Assembly: GCA_051859245.1 (NCBI GenBank)
Contig: JBHYGA010000005.1
Location: forward strand, 512,001-576,000
Source: Gemmatimonadaceae bacterium
GTDB taxonomy: Bacteria > Gemmatimonadota > Gemmatimonadetes > Gemmatimonadales > Gemmatimonadaceae
Direction: 5' to 3'
Length of the DNA: 64,000 bases
The notes below the pieces were generated by a model. The model was not told the DNA's origin. It did not search any database and saw nothing but the letters and a program-made list of their open reading frames with translations. A program made the position numbers and the translations under genes. Positions 8,763 through 16,428 of this stretch are shown in pieces; the first letter of the stretch is position 1, and each line of letters starts with the position of its first letter.

Positions 8763-11093
8763 CTACATGTTGAGCGCCGAGCGCAATCGATGAATGCGCT
8801 CCCGCAGCGCGACATGCATTGTTGCTGGCGCGATCACTTCGGCGTCTCCGCAGTACTGAAAAACGTGGCGCACTGCCCACTCCGTGTCAGCGAGTGGATG
8901 CGATACCGTGAGTGACCCATCGTCAGCGAGCGCGACTCCTTCCCGTTCGGCAATCCATCGGGCGATAGTTGGCGAGTAGCGAACCACGAGCGCGGCGTGC
9001 ACACCGTTCATGAAGGCGCGGCCGCGTTGAACAACAGCATCGATAGAGAAGCCGTCAGGAATGACGTACTGTTCGCCGGTTTTCTGTGCTTCGAGCACGC
9101 GATCAAGTCTGAACAGGCGTAGCTGCTGTGCCCGTCTGCAGTGGGCCACCATGTACAGACACGCTCCGCTTGCAAGAATCGCATAGGGTTCGACCTCGCG
9201 CGTTTCAGCGACATTGGCGCTTGACTTATGGTAGTGAATTGTGAGCACTTGCCGCTGCTGCAGCGCCAACCGCACTGTGGCCAGCGTAGCCAGGTTGCCC
9301 ACATCACCAGCCGATACCGCAAATCGATCGACGATCGGGTCGTTTCCAATCGCAACCACAACGCGTTCGAGTCTCGCCCGCGCCCGTTCCAGTACGGCGT
9401 GCTCGTTTGGGGTGCGCAAATGCTTGAGCACCGAAAGGCCGAGTGTGATCGCACAGACTTCCGTTGCGACGAGGCGCATGGGCCGCCTGAACGCTGTTGT
9501 GACAGCGGAAATCGTTTCGCGGTCGATGAAGAGTTGCACGCCCTCCACAAATCCGCCCGGTGTGTCATAACGAGCGACCAGCGCAAAGACATCACTGCGC
9601 AGCGTGTCCGCATCGATACCCGTGCGTTGCACGAGATCCTGTATAGCATGCGAATCACCGCTCGCGAGCAGTGGCATCGTTTGCAGGATCCGCCGTAACT
9701 GCGCGGCTGCTGTTTCCGTTACGCGTGCTACTCGCGCGGCCGGTTTGGTGAGCACTGGTGCGAGTGCGGGCGCCTGTGTCCCCAGCGCCGCTGCCTGCGC
9801 CGCACCGGTCTCAACAGACGTTGCCAAACGTTCGAGTGCGTGGCGCACGCCGTCTACAAGGCTGGTCGGCGACTCGGGAATCGCGTCACCGGCGAGCGCG
9901 AGCAACCAACGAATAAAGGCATCTTCTCGTCGAACGGAGAAGCGGCGACGTTCGGTACCGTCGGCGGCGGGCGGCAGTGTTTCCCCCAGCTGCAACGCGG
10001 CGCGTGCCGCGTCATCGTCTGCGCGAAAACGCACGATCACCTCGAGCGGCGGGTCTTCACCAAGCTCCCACGCCTGTCGCGACGCCGCGTGCTCGCGCAA
10101 GCGAAAGTCTGACGGCACGTCGAAGTCTGGCGTTTGTGCCTGCTTCGTGTTCAGCTGCGGCACACGGATACGATTCAGTCGAAAGTTCCGGAGTGCCGCC
10201 GCGTCGACATCTCTCGCCACGAGATACCAGTGACCGCTCTGAAAGAAGAGCCCCCACGGTTCGACCGCACGTTCACGCACCTCATTTCGACCGAAGGTGT
10301 GATACTCGAAACGCACGCGTTTCCGTCGCTGCATCGCGTCTGCGAGCGCCGCAAAAACTGCCGCGTCATGCTGCGCCGCATCATGCTGCACACGCGGTAC
10401 TCCGCTGCTCACGTGCACCGCGCCTTGCTGCTGTTCGCTGCCCGTTGGTCCCACCGGCAGATCGAACGCGAGCTTCCTGAGCGCGCGCGACGCTTCCGCA
10501 GCGAGCATTGGATCACCGAGCTCACGGGCACAGGCCGCAGCATCAACGATGGCCTGGAGCTCGTCGGGCTCGAAGGCCAACGTGGCCAACGCAGCGTACC
10601 CATAACCTGCAATCGCACGCGCACGCTCGGCGGTAGAGCCCAGCGTTTGCTGCGTTACGGTTTGCGTTGAAGCCTCTGGCGCAACCAGCACAAGATACGG
10701 CAGGTAGAAATCCGTGCGCCGCAAGCGATACGCGCCTTCCTCATTGTCGTCGTGGTCAGCAACAGTTTCGATGGGTATGCCTAGTGCGCGCAGTTCGTCC
10801 TTGTCGCGTTCGAACATGCGTTTGGTACTGTCGCGTCGTCGCTTGATCTCGGCGAGCTGTGTCGGATCGTTTGTGCCAGCCACATCGGGCCATTCGTACG
10901 CCGGCACCTCGGGTGCGAGCTGCTCGAAGGTGACTTCCTTGCGACGCGCGAGAAGAGCGGCCACCAGATCCACCCATCGCTGTAGTTTCGCGTTGCCCGC
11001 GCTGGCCGGTGGCAACTCCAAGTCGTCGGCAGCTTCGTCAGCGCTGTTGTGTTCGCGAGCCGTCGCGGAGGATCCGGGTTGTGTGGACATCAT
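8763..11093 (-). CDS. PafBC-like fused double HTH-WYL-WCX transcriptional regulator
   Basis: PafB-like half: KRMFERDKDELRALGIPI, VEPWGL, GHWYLVARD, RNFRLNRI. PafC-like half: FRRPMRL, VEPYAI, LRLFRLDRV, V.QYCGDAEVIAP. Start MMSTQP at 11093 is inferred. Confidence 0.9.
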   Translation of the reverse strand: MMSTQPGSSATAREHNSADEAADDLELPPASAGNAKLQRWVDLVAALLARRKEVTFEQLAPEVPAYEWPDVAGTNDPTQLAEIKRRRDSTKRMFERDKDELRALGIPIETVADHDDNEEGAYRLRRTDFYLPYLVLVAPEASTQTVTQQTLGSTAERARAIAGYGYAALATLAFEPDELQAIVDAAACARELGDPMLAAEASRALRKLAFDLPVGPTGSEQQQGAVHVSSGVPRVQHDAAQHDAAVFAALADAMQRRKRVRFEYHTFGRNEVRERAVEPWGLFFQSGHWYLVARDVDAAALRNFRLNRIRVPQLNTKQAQTPDFDVPSDFRLREHAASRQAWELGEDPPLEVIVRFRADDDAARAALQLGETLPPAADGTERRRFSVRREDAFIRWLLALAGDAIPESPTSLVDGVRHALERLATSVETGAAQAAALGTQAPALAPVLTKPAARVARVTETAAAQLRRILQTMPLLASGDSHAIQDLVQRTGIDADTLRSDVFALVARYDTPGGFVEGVQLFIDRETISAVTTAFRRPMRLVATEVCAITLGLSVLKHLRTPNEHAVLERARARLERVVVAIGNDPIVDRFAVSAGDVGNLATLATVRLALQQRQVLTIHYHKSSANVAETREVEPYAILASGACLYMVAHCRRAQQLRLFRLDRVLEAQKTGEQYVIPDGFSIDAVVQRGRAFMNGVHAALVVRYSPTIARWIAEREGVALADDGSLTVSHPLADTEWAVRHVFQYCGDAEVIAPATMHVALRERIHRLRSALNM

Positions 11094-11188
11094 CGTGTAT
11101 TGTCGGCGGTTGCCTGCATTCGAGCGCCCCGTTTGGTGCGTGCGAGCCGGGTCAGGGAAGGGATCGCACATGACCCGAACAGAAAACG

Positions 11189-11210
11189 AAGGTACGGTCG
11201 AGCTCTGACA
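11189..11210 (-). promoter_or_regulatory. PafBC-type promoter motif upstream of the PafBC-like gene (possible autoregulation)
   Basis: Minus strand TGTCAG-agctcgaccg-TA-cct-T, about 95 nt upstream of the inferred start. Confidence 0.65.
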
Positions 11211-11389
11211 GTGGCCTGCGAGCCTCAGGCCGTAGCCCCGGTTTGGCTGTGGGTAGCCAAGTGCGCAACAGATGCTTATCGATCGCCAAGTCAGACGCGG
11301 GCTAGGCAACCGACACACCGCGAGCCTGCCGCAATCGGACTGCTTCGTGTTTAGGCTTGGCGGCAAAACTTCGCTTCGTCTGCCTGATA

Positions 11390-11485
11390 TGCAATCACCG
11401 ATTCCAAGGTGCTTACCTTAAGTAGGTGTTTACGGAACCCGGTGCATCGCAATAGAGTGGCCGTCAGCATCATGTGTCGTTATGA
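11390..11485 (-). mobile_element. Truncated/degenerate attC site after the RNase H-like gene
   Basis: R''-like TCATAAC (11485-11479) contains the stop codon and is 1 mismatch from the complement of this cassette's start GTTGTGA. An internal hairpin 11390-11405/11434-11451 follows. No L'/R' arm found. Confidence 0.5.
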
Positions 11486-12094
11486 CTCTGCCGAACGAAC
11501 GACAAGGCAAGGCTGTGAGAGGATCTCTAGGTCACGGCTCCAGCCTGTTGCAAGCATGGCTGCGCCAATTAGGGCGAGAGGAAGCTCGCAGGTAACGTCT
11601 GAGGTGGGGGCGCCACCAGCTGTGCGCTTGAGAAAGCCGTTCACGGCGATCATTGCATCATCGCTATGATTCGCTCCCTTCGCTCCGCCCGAAACAAACC
11701 CCTCCCAGAAAAGCACGCCTTCGTTGGCTTCATTGAAGAGGCGCCAGTCTATGAATCCCGGGGCCGCGTCGTGGAGTTCACGAATCCTTCGCAGGATCCA
11801 AGTGACTTGGGTCAGCCCTGTAGCAAGCGCAGCGGCCCCGGCGCCTGCGGACCAAGGTCGATTGCCCTCGCCCGTGCGCGCCGCGGTGAGGCCGATGGGG
11901 TCACAAGAAACTGGCACGAAGAGGGGGCACTCGAAGCCGAGTGCGACCTTTTGCCCCGAGGTCAGCGAACTCGCAACGGCGCCGGCCAGCGTTTCAGGAT
12001 CAGAACCTGTCTGCCAACCGCTACCGACGCGCCAGCCGGCCCACCCGAAGCGGCCCGTTCGCACCGAGCCGATATCTGCGCAAGCTATAAGCAG
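11480..12094 (-). CDS. DUF429-like RNase H-fold putative nuclease, CTG start; cassette gene
   Basis: The frame extends to CTG at 12094 with a perfect SD TAAGGAG 8 nt upstream, giving MLIACADIGS. Also ALGFECPLFVP, LFWEGFVSG and HSDDA (acidic residue pattern). Confidence 0.65.
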   Translation of the reverse strand: MLIACADIGSVRTGRFGWAGWRVGSGWQTGSDPETLAGAVASSLTSGQKVALGFECPLFVPVSCDPIGLTAARTGEGNRPWSAGAGAAALATGLTQVTWILRRIRELHDAAPGFIDWRLFNEANEGVLFWEGFVSGGAKGANHSDDAMIAVNGFLKRTAGGAPTSDVTCELPLALIGAAMLATGWSRDLEILSQPCLVVRSAES

Positions 12095-12112
12095 CTCGGT
12101 GTCTCCTTATTG

Positions 12113-12252
12113 TCACAACCCTCGCGTTCTGCAGCGAACGCCCACACGGAAGCAAGCGGGGCGTTCGCACTTTCCTTTCAGACTACAGCGAACGCACCGC
12201 GATCGCTACACGGGTCTTCGCCGCGTTTGACTGCAGCAACGCAAGGTTAGCC
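12113..12252 (-). mobile_element. Integron attC recombination site (140 bp)
   Basis: R'' GGCTAAC-5 nt-L'' GTTGCTGC ... L' GCAGAAC-6 nt-R' GTTGTGA. Two extrahelical bases lie 6 bp apart (GTT-G-CTGCAG-T-CAAACGC vs GCGTTCG-CTGCAG-AAC). Inner stem 12156-12168/12188-12200. The G-T wobble forms on the bottom (+) strand. Confidence 0.88.
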
Positions 12253-12398
12253 TGCGGCTGGGTCCAGTACAGGTACATGGTTCACACTTTGCTGTAGTAC
12301 CAAACCCTGCTCGGTAGGTTCGACGAGCGCACGCGTACGATCACCGGCGCGCCGTCACAAAAAAGGACTGTTAACCATGTGCCCGGACATAGTGTCAC

Positions 12399-13373
12399 CT
12401 ATCTTCCCGTGTTCACTGTGCGTGCTCGTGCGGGGCTACGTGGATTCTTTCTGGATAGTCGCACTCGCGTGCAGACTACTCGACCATCCGCGACTACATC
12501 CTCCCGACGATCCCTTCGACTCACTCGCAAGCAACCCACCTCAGGGAATCGCATAGCGATAAGGATTGAGGCGAGCACGTGCGGCTTCGGACCCATGGGG
12601 ATCAAGTTGACATCGGCAGAGCGTCGATGCGGATCAATGGTCTCGGCAAGATACCGAAATGCCTGTTCTACGCTTGTCAGCGGAAGCCCGAAGGAGCGCG
12701 CAGCTTGAGACACGATTTCTCGATTCTCCTCCTGAACTCGCGCGGCGTATCCATCGGGGGCGTCCTGCTCTGCAAAGAATGAGTAGATCAGATCAGGCTC
12801 CATCTGGTCTAGAACACAGAGGGATGCCAGACTGTCAAAGCCGAGGCCGATGATCGCCACTGACCGATTGTGCGCAAGCGCTCCTCCTTCGCAGCCCGGA
12901 ATGCACAGTACATTGTCAATGACCATAGGCGGAAGAGTAGTCTGGTGTCTTCCCACGGCGTAAACGAAGTCGATGTCGACGGTTTCAAGAGCACTTGCAA
13001 CTCGAAACCAATTCAGAACCGCTGCGTACCAGAGACGCGACATCGCACTGTAGTCAACCAAGATCTTGAGCGCGGACTTGGCGTTAGACTCTGCGTCTCT
13101 CAAGCACGAATAGATGGCGATATCGTCACTTCCTGCTATGACCTTCGGAAGTACGCCAAAAGCACTGCGAAAAAACTCGTCGTTTGTCTTGCGGACGATA
13201 TCGTCGGCAACCGTGGAAAAGCCGACTACTGAGATCTTTCCGAGACGCGCAGCTTCCAGCTTGCCGGCGATAAACGATGCGCGGACCTCATACCCACTCG
13301 CGAAAATGCTGGCGTCGTAACTTCCGGCTTGCACTGCGGCAAGGTCAGAGTCCTCGATGCTATCAATCAACAT
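12399..13373 (-). CDS. Uncharacterised protein with two Rossmann/CARF-like domains
   Basis: ATG 13373 with GGAGG upstream. Halves ASGYEVRA...ILVDYSAMSR and GLGFD...LIPMGPKPHVLAS. Overlaps the ATPase stop by 11 nt. Confidence 0.65.
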   Translation of the reverse strand: MLIDSIEDSDLAAVQAGSYDASIFASGYEVRASFIAGKLEAARLGKISVVGFSTVADDIVRKTNDEFFRSAFGVLPKVIAGSDDIAIYSCLRDAESNAKSALKILVDYSAMSRLWYAAVLNWFRVASALETVDIDFVYAVGRHQTTLPPMVIDNVLCIPGCEGGALAHNRSVAIIGLGFDSLASLCVLDQMEPDLIYSFFAEQDAPDGYAARVQEENREIVSQAARSFGLPLTSVEQAFRYLAETIDPHRRSADVNLIPMGPKPHVLASILIAMRFPEVGCLRVSRRDRREDVVADGRVVCTRVRLSRKNPRSPARARTVNTGR

Positions 13374-15189
13374 GAGAATCGTCGCCTCCGAACAAGTCGC
13401 TCTGCTCGACAAGGCGTGCGGCGCGTTCTTCTTTCGAGGCAGACTGATATGCGAGAATCCAAGTCAAGCTTCGCGCGCGTCCGCGTCTAGGTAGTATGCG
13501 AAAGTGTGGCGCGAGAACGTACGCTAGATGAAACGTACCGCTGCGAATTGGCATCTGATCCGGATTGCTTTGGCCAGTGTTTGGGAAGAGTAGTCCCAGA
13601 CCGACAGCGCGTTCGATGAGCTTCCAGTGTTCGCTGCTTACCGATGCATCGACGATAAAGCTCGAGATCTGGTCCGTGCTTATGGGGCGGTTGTGCAGTG
13701 AGTCGCGCATGAATGAACCGACACGCTCAATGAATGTGAAGAGTTCCGGGCCAACCTCCGGCTCGCTTTGGATTCTTGAGAGGGTAGTAGTGGAGAACGC
13801 GATCAGGTTTCTTGTTTGGTTCGCCTGCGTTATGGACTTAATCCTTCTTCCGTCTCGCCAGCGTTCCTCAACCAAGAAGCTGTTAATGATCCTGATGAGT
13901 CTCCGTGGATTTGCGTCGCCGCACCGCACGATCATGCTCGCGCCAGAGTAAACTTTCAACTCATCGCGACCAGTCGTCCTTTGAATTGCCTCGCGGAGCT
14001 GTATCGCGCCATGCATTTTGCGACTGATCTGATTTCTAAACTCGGACGGATTCGGTACAAGACGATCCGCTCTGGCGATTGTTTGCTCATCCGCATGCTT
14101 TCTTAGGAGCTCCCAATTCGCGGAATCTTCATCCCACGATTCACTCTGTGGATCAAGAAGTTCTGAGCGTCCAAAGAGCGCGTTTAAGGTAACTCCCTGA
14201 TACTTCGCGCCTGACGCGGATGCTCGCTTCCGAAATAGCAAGTCAGCGAACTGCCTCCCGTTGTCTTCCTTCACGCCGGAGAAGCCGATTGGATCGCGAT
14301 CGATGTAGACGTATTCAAAATCGTGACCAACATTCAAACCTACTCCAAGATTGGTGTCTTGGGTCAGGTGGTAGTACGGCATGGTCGTAATCTTGAAGTG
14401 CAGATTGCCACTGTTGCTTCGAAGATACGAGTTAAGGATTCGCTGGTGTTCGAGTCCCAAGAACTCCGCCTCGTCGAGGCATAGTAACCATGAGCAGTCT
14501 GCAGGCAGTTGCAAAGCTACGGCACTTAGTGCGATCGCCCTGCGCAGCGGCGTGAAGAGAGGTAGGTCAAAGCCAATTCCTGCTGGCTCCTCCGCTTCAC
14601 GAAGAGATCCGGTCGCACGTACCCTCACCAATTGCTGCTGCTTCTGATGCTCACTTGCTTCGATTTGTGCTTGTAGCGCGCGAATACTCTCTAATGGCGG
14701 GAACTCCGGCATCCATGCCACGCAAAGCTGCCCGACTATGTGCCCCTCAAGACGAGCCGCTTCACCACGATCAGAGGAGTATCTGTCTAGGCAGCTACGC
14801 AGGGTGACGAGGAACGCCAAGCAGCTCGCGACGTTTAGCCGCCACTGGAAGAACGACTCCAGCTCGACTTCCGTTTGCCACGTCTTGTTTTTGAGTCCAC
14901 CAACCCACTCAAGGCTCGTTGGCAGATAGATGCCGATGAACGCTCTCGACTGGATTGCGCTCTTAGCGCGCGGATTTTCGAATCTGGACAGATGATCATG
15001 TGAGAGCATCTTCGCCAGCACAGTCTTGCCCGATCCGCGGGCGCCAAGAACGATATGGTTTTTCGGAGAAAGCAACCGCCAGAACGACCTCGTGTCGACA
15101 AAGGTGGCGACAACCTCATCGCGCGTCAGGTTTCTTGCGTTTTCTATCTCGAAAAGATCTCGCCGGAAGTCGCTGCTTGTCTCAACCAT
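13363..15189 (-). CDS. ORC/CDC6-like STAND P-loop ATPase with C-terminal winged-helix-like region
   Basis: N-terminal FEIENAR, Walker A GARGSGKT, Walker B LLCLDEAE, NPRRLIRI, C-terminal LIERAVGLGLL...FHLAYVLAPHFRI. Confidence 0.8.
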   Translation of the reverse strand: MVETSSDFRRDLFEIENARNLTRDEVVATFVDTRSFWRLLSPKNHIVLGARGSGKTVLAKMLSHDHLSRFENPRAKSAIQSRAFIGIYLPTSLEWVGGLKNKTWQTEVELESFFQWRLNVASCLAFLVTLRSCLDRYSSDRGEAARLEGHIVGQLCVAWMPEFPPLESIRALQAQIEASEHQKQQQLVRVRATGSLREAEEPAGIGFDLPLFTPLRRAIALSAVALQLPADCSWLLCLDEAEFLGLEHQRILNSYLRSNSGNLHFKITTMPYYHLTQDTNLGVGLNVGHDFEYVYIDRDPIGFSGVKEDNGRQFADLLFRKRASASGAKYQGVTLNALFGRSELLDPQSESWDEDSANWELLRKHADEQTIARADRLVPNPSEFRNQISRKMHGAIQLREAIQRTTGRDELKVYSGASMIVRCGDANPRRLIRIINSFLVEERWRDGRRIKSITQANQTRNLIAFSTTTLSRIQSEPEVGPELFTFIERVGSFMRDSLHNRPISTDQISSFIVDASVSSEHWKLIERAVGLGLLFPNTGQSNPDQMPIRSGTFHLAYVLAPHFRILPRRGRARSLTWILAYQSASKEERAARLVEQSDLFGGDDSHVD

Positions 15190-15194
15190 GTTTG

Positions 15195-16418
15195 CTAATT
15201 GAAAAGGAGAACGATGTCTTCTGGTGTATCTCCGTGCGTCCGAAAATCGAAGTGCTTTTCTATGTCGCGAAGAACCTGTAGGATCGTCTCAGCCGGTAAG
15301 TATTTGAGGTCGGAGCATTCGGCGACGATTTCATGCCAGCTGCAGTAAGCCTTGGGTCCCCTTCTAGCGTTAATGATGGGTGAGACAAGGGACCGGAGTT
15401 CGGAGATTGTGTCGTGTTTGCCGAATGGGCGCCGATGCTCGATGCCGTGATGAATCCGACTTTTTTGCCAGCCATTGGAGAACAGATACGACCAGCTCTC
15501 CACGGTCCCGCAAATCCGCCCCGACCTCGTTCGGCCATCAACCGCAATCACGTGAAACTGATTTGCGACGATGCCACTCCACCTGGTGCTGATCAGAGCA
15601 GAGAGACTTCCTGAGCCTAGGATCGCCAGCGGTGGGTATGGTGTTGTCGCGTACGTATTGAAGTGTGGCTTGTGCTTGTGACCATGAACGAGTAGATCGA
15701 TCTCGTGGCGCCCGAGCATCTTTAATAGCGCGTCAGAATTGACCATCAGACTAAAGTCTGGCGAATCAGGCGCAGGATCCGAGTACTGCACCGGATGATG
15801 ATGCACCAAGAACACTCTCAGTTGTCCATTGGCCGGCGGACGCGCGGACAGCAGTCGGTCTAGTTCTTCGAGCGACTTTGTAGAAATGCTACCGTGGTGT
15901 GGCTTCGTATCGGGATTGTCGTTCCATGATGAGTTGTGAGCGAAGAGTACCGCGTGTTCGTCCTCCCAAAAGCCGAGGTACGGTTCATCAACCAAGCTCG
16001 TCGAACTCTTCGAAATACATCTAGACAAAACTTGACTGGTTCGGGTTAGCGGAACGTACCGCTGCGCCGCTCCTAGTCCGGTCTTGTCATCAGGATATTG
16101 AGAGAACGACGTCCAGTTTACATCGTGATTCCCAGGGACAAATGCAATTCTCTCTTCGGCGACTCCTAGTGCTTCCGCGATCTCTAGCAGAAACTCTGAC
16201 GCGAGTACGAATTCATCCGGTTGGGCTTTGTTGCTCACGTCACCAGGGCAGAGTAGATAGTCCGCCCTTATCGTGTTCTCGCGAAGAAATTTGATGAAGG
16301 TCGATCGATAGTTGCTTTCGATCTGATGTGTCGAGGGACTTGGTGACAGATCCTTGGCGCGAGCACCAGTACCGACGTGGAGATCGCTTGCAACTGCCAA
16401 ACGGAGTGGCTTTTTCAT
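15195..16418 (-). CDS. Calcineurin-like metallophosphoesterase with C-terminal extension
   Basis: All five motifs present: SDLH, PGD, GNHD, VHHH, HGHKH. Start MKKPLRLAV at 16418, 10 nt after the MTase stop. Confidence 0.9.
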   Translation of the reverse strand: MKKPLRLAVASDLHVGTGARAKDLSPSPSTHQIESNYRSTFIKFLRENTIRADYLLCPGDVSNKAQPDEFVLASEFLLEIAEALGVAEERIAFVPGNHDVNWTSFSQYPDDKTGLGAAQRYVPLTRTSQVLSRCISKSSTSLVDEPYLGFWEDEHAVLFAHNSSWNDNPDTKPHHGSISTKSLEELDRLLSARPPANGQLRVFLVHHHPVQYSDPAPDSPDFSLMVNSDALLKMLGRHEIDLLVHGHKHKPHFNTYATTPYPPLAILGSGSLSALISTRWSGIVANQFHVIAVDGRTRSGRICGTVESWSYLFSNGWQKSRIHHGIEHRRPFGKHDTISELRSLVSPIINARRGPKAYCSWHEIVAECSDLKYLPAETILQVLRDIEKHFDFRTHGDTPEDIVLLFN

Positions 16419-16428
16419 TGTGCGTTCG

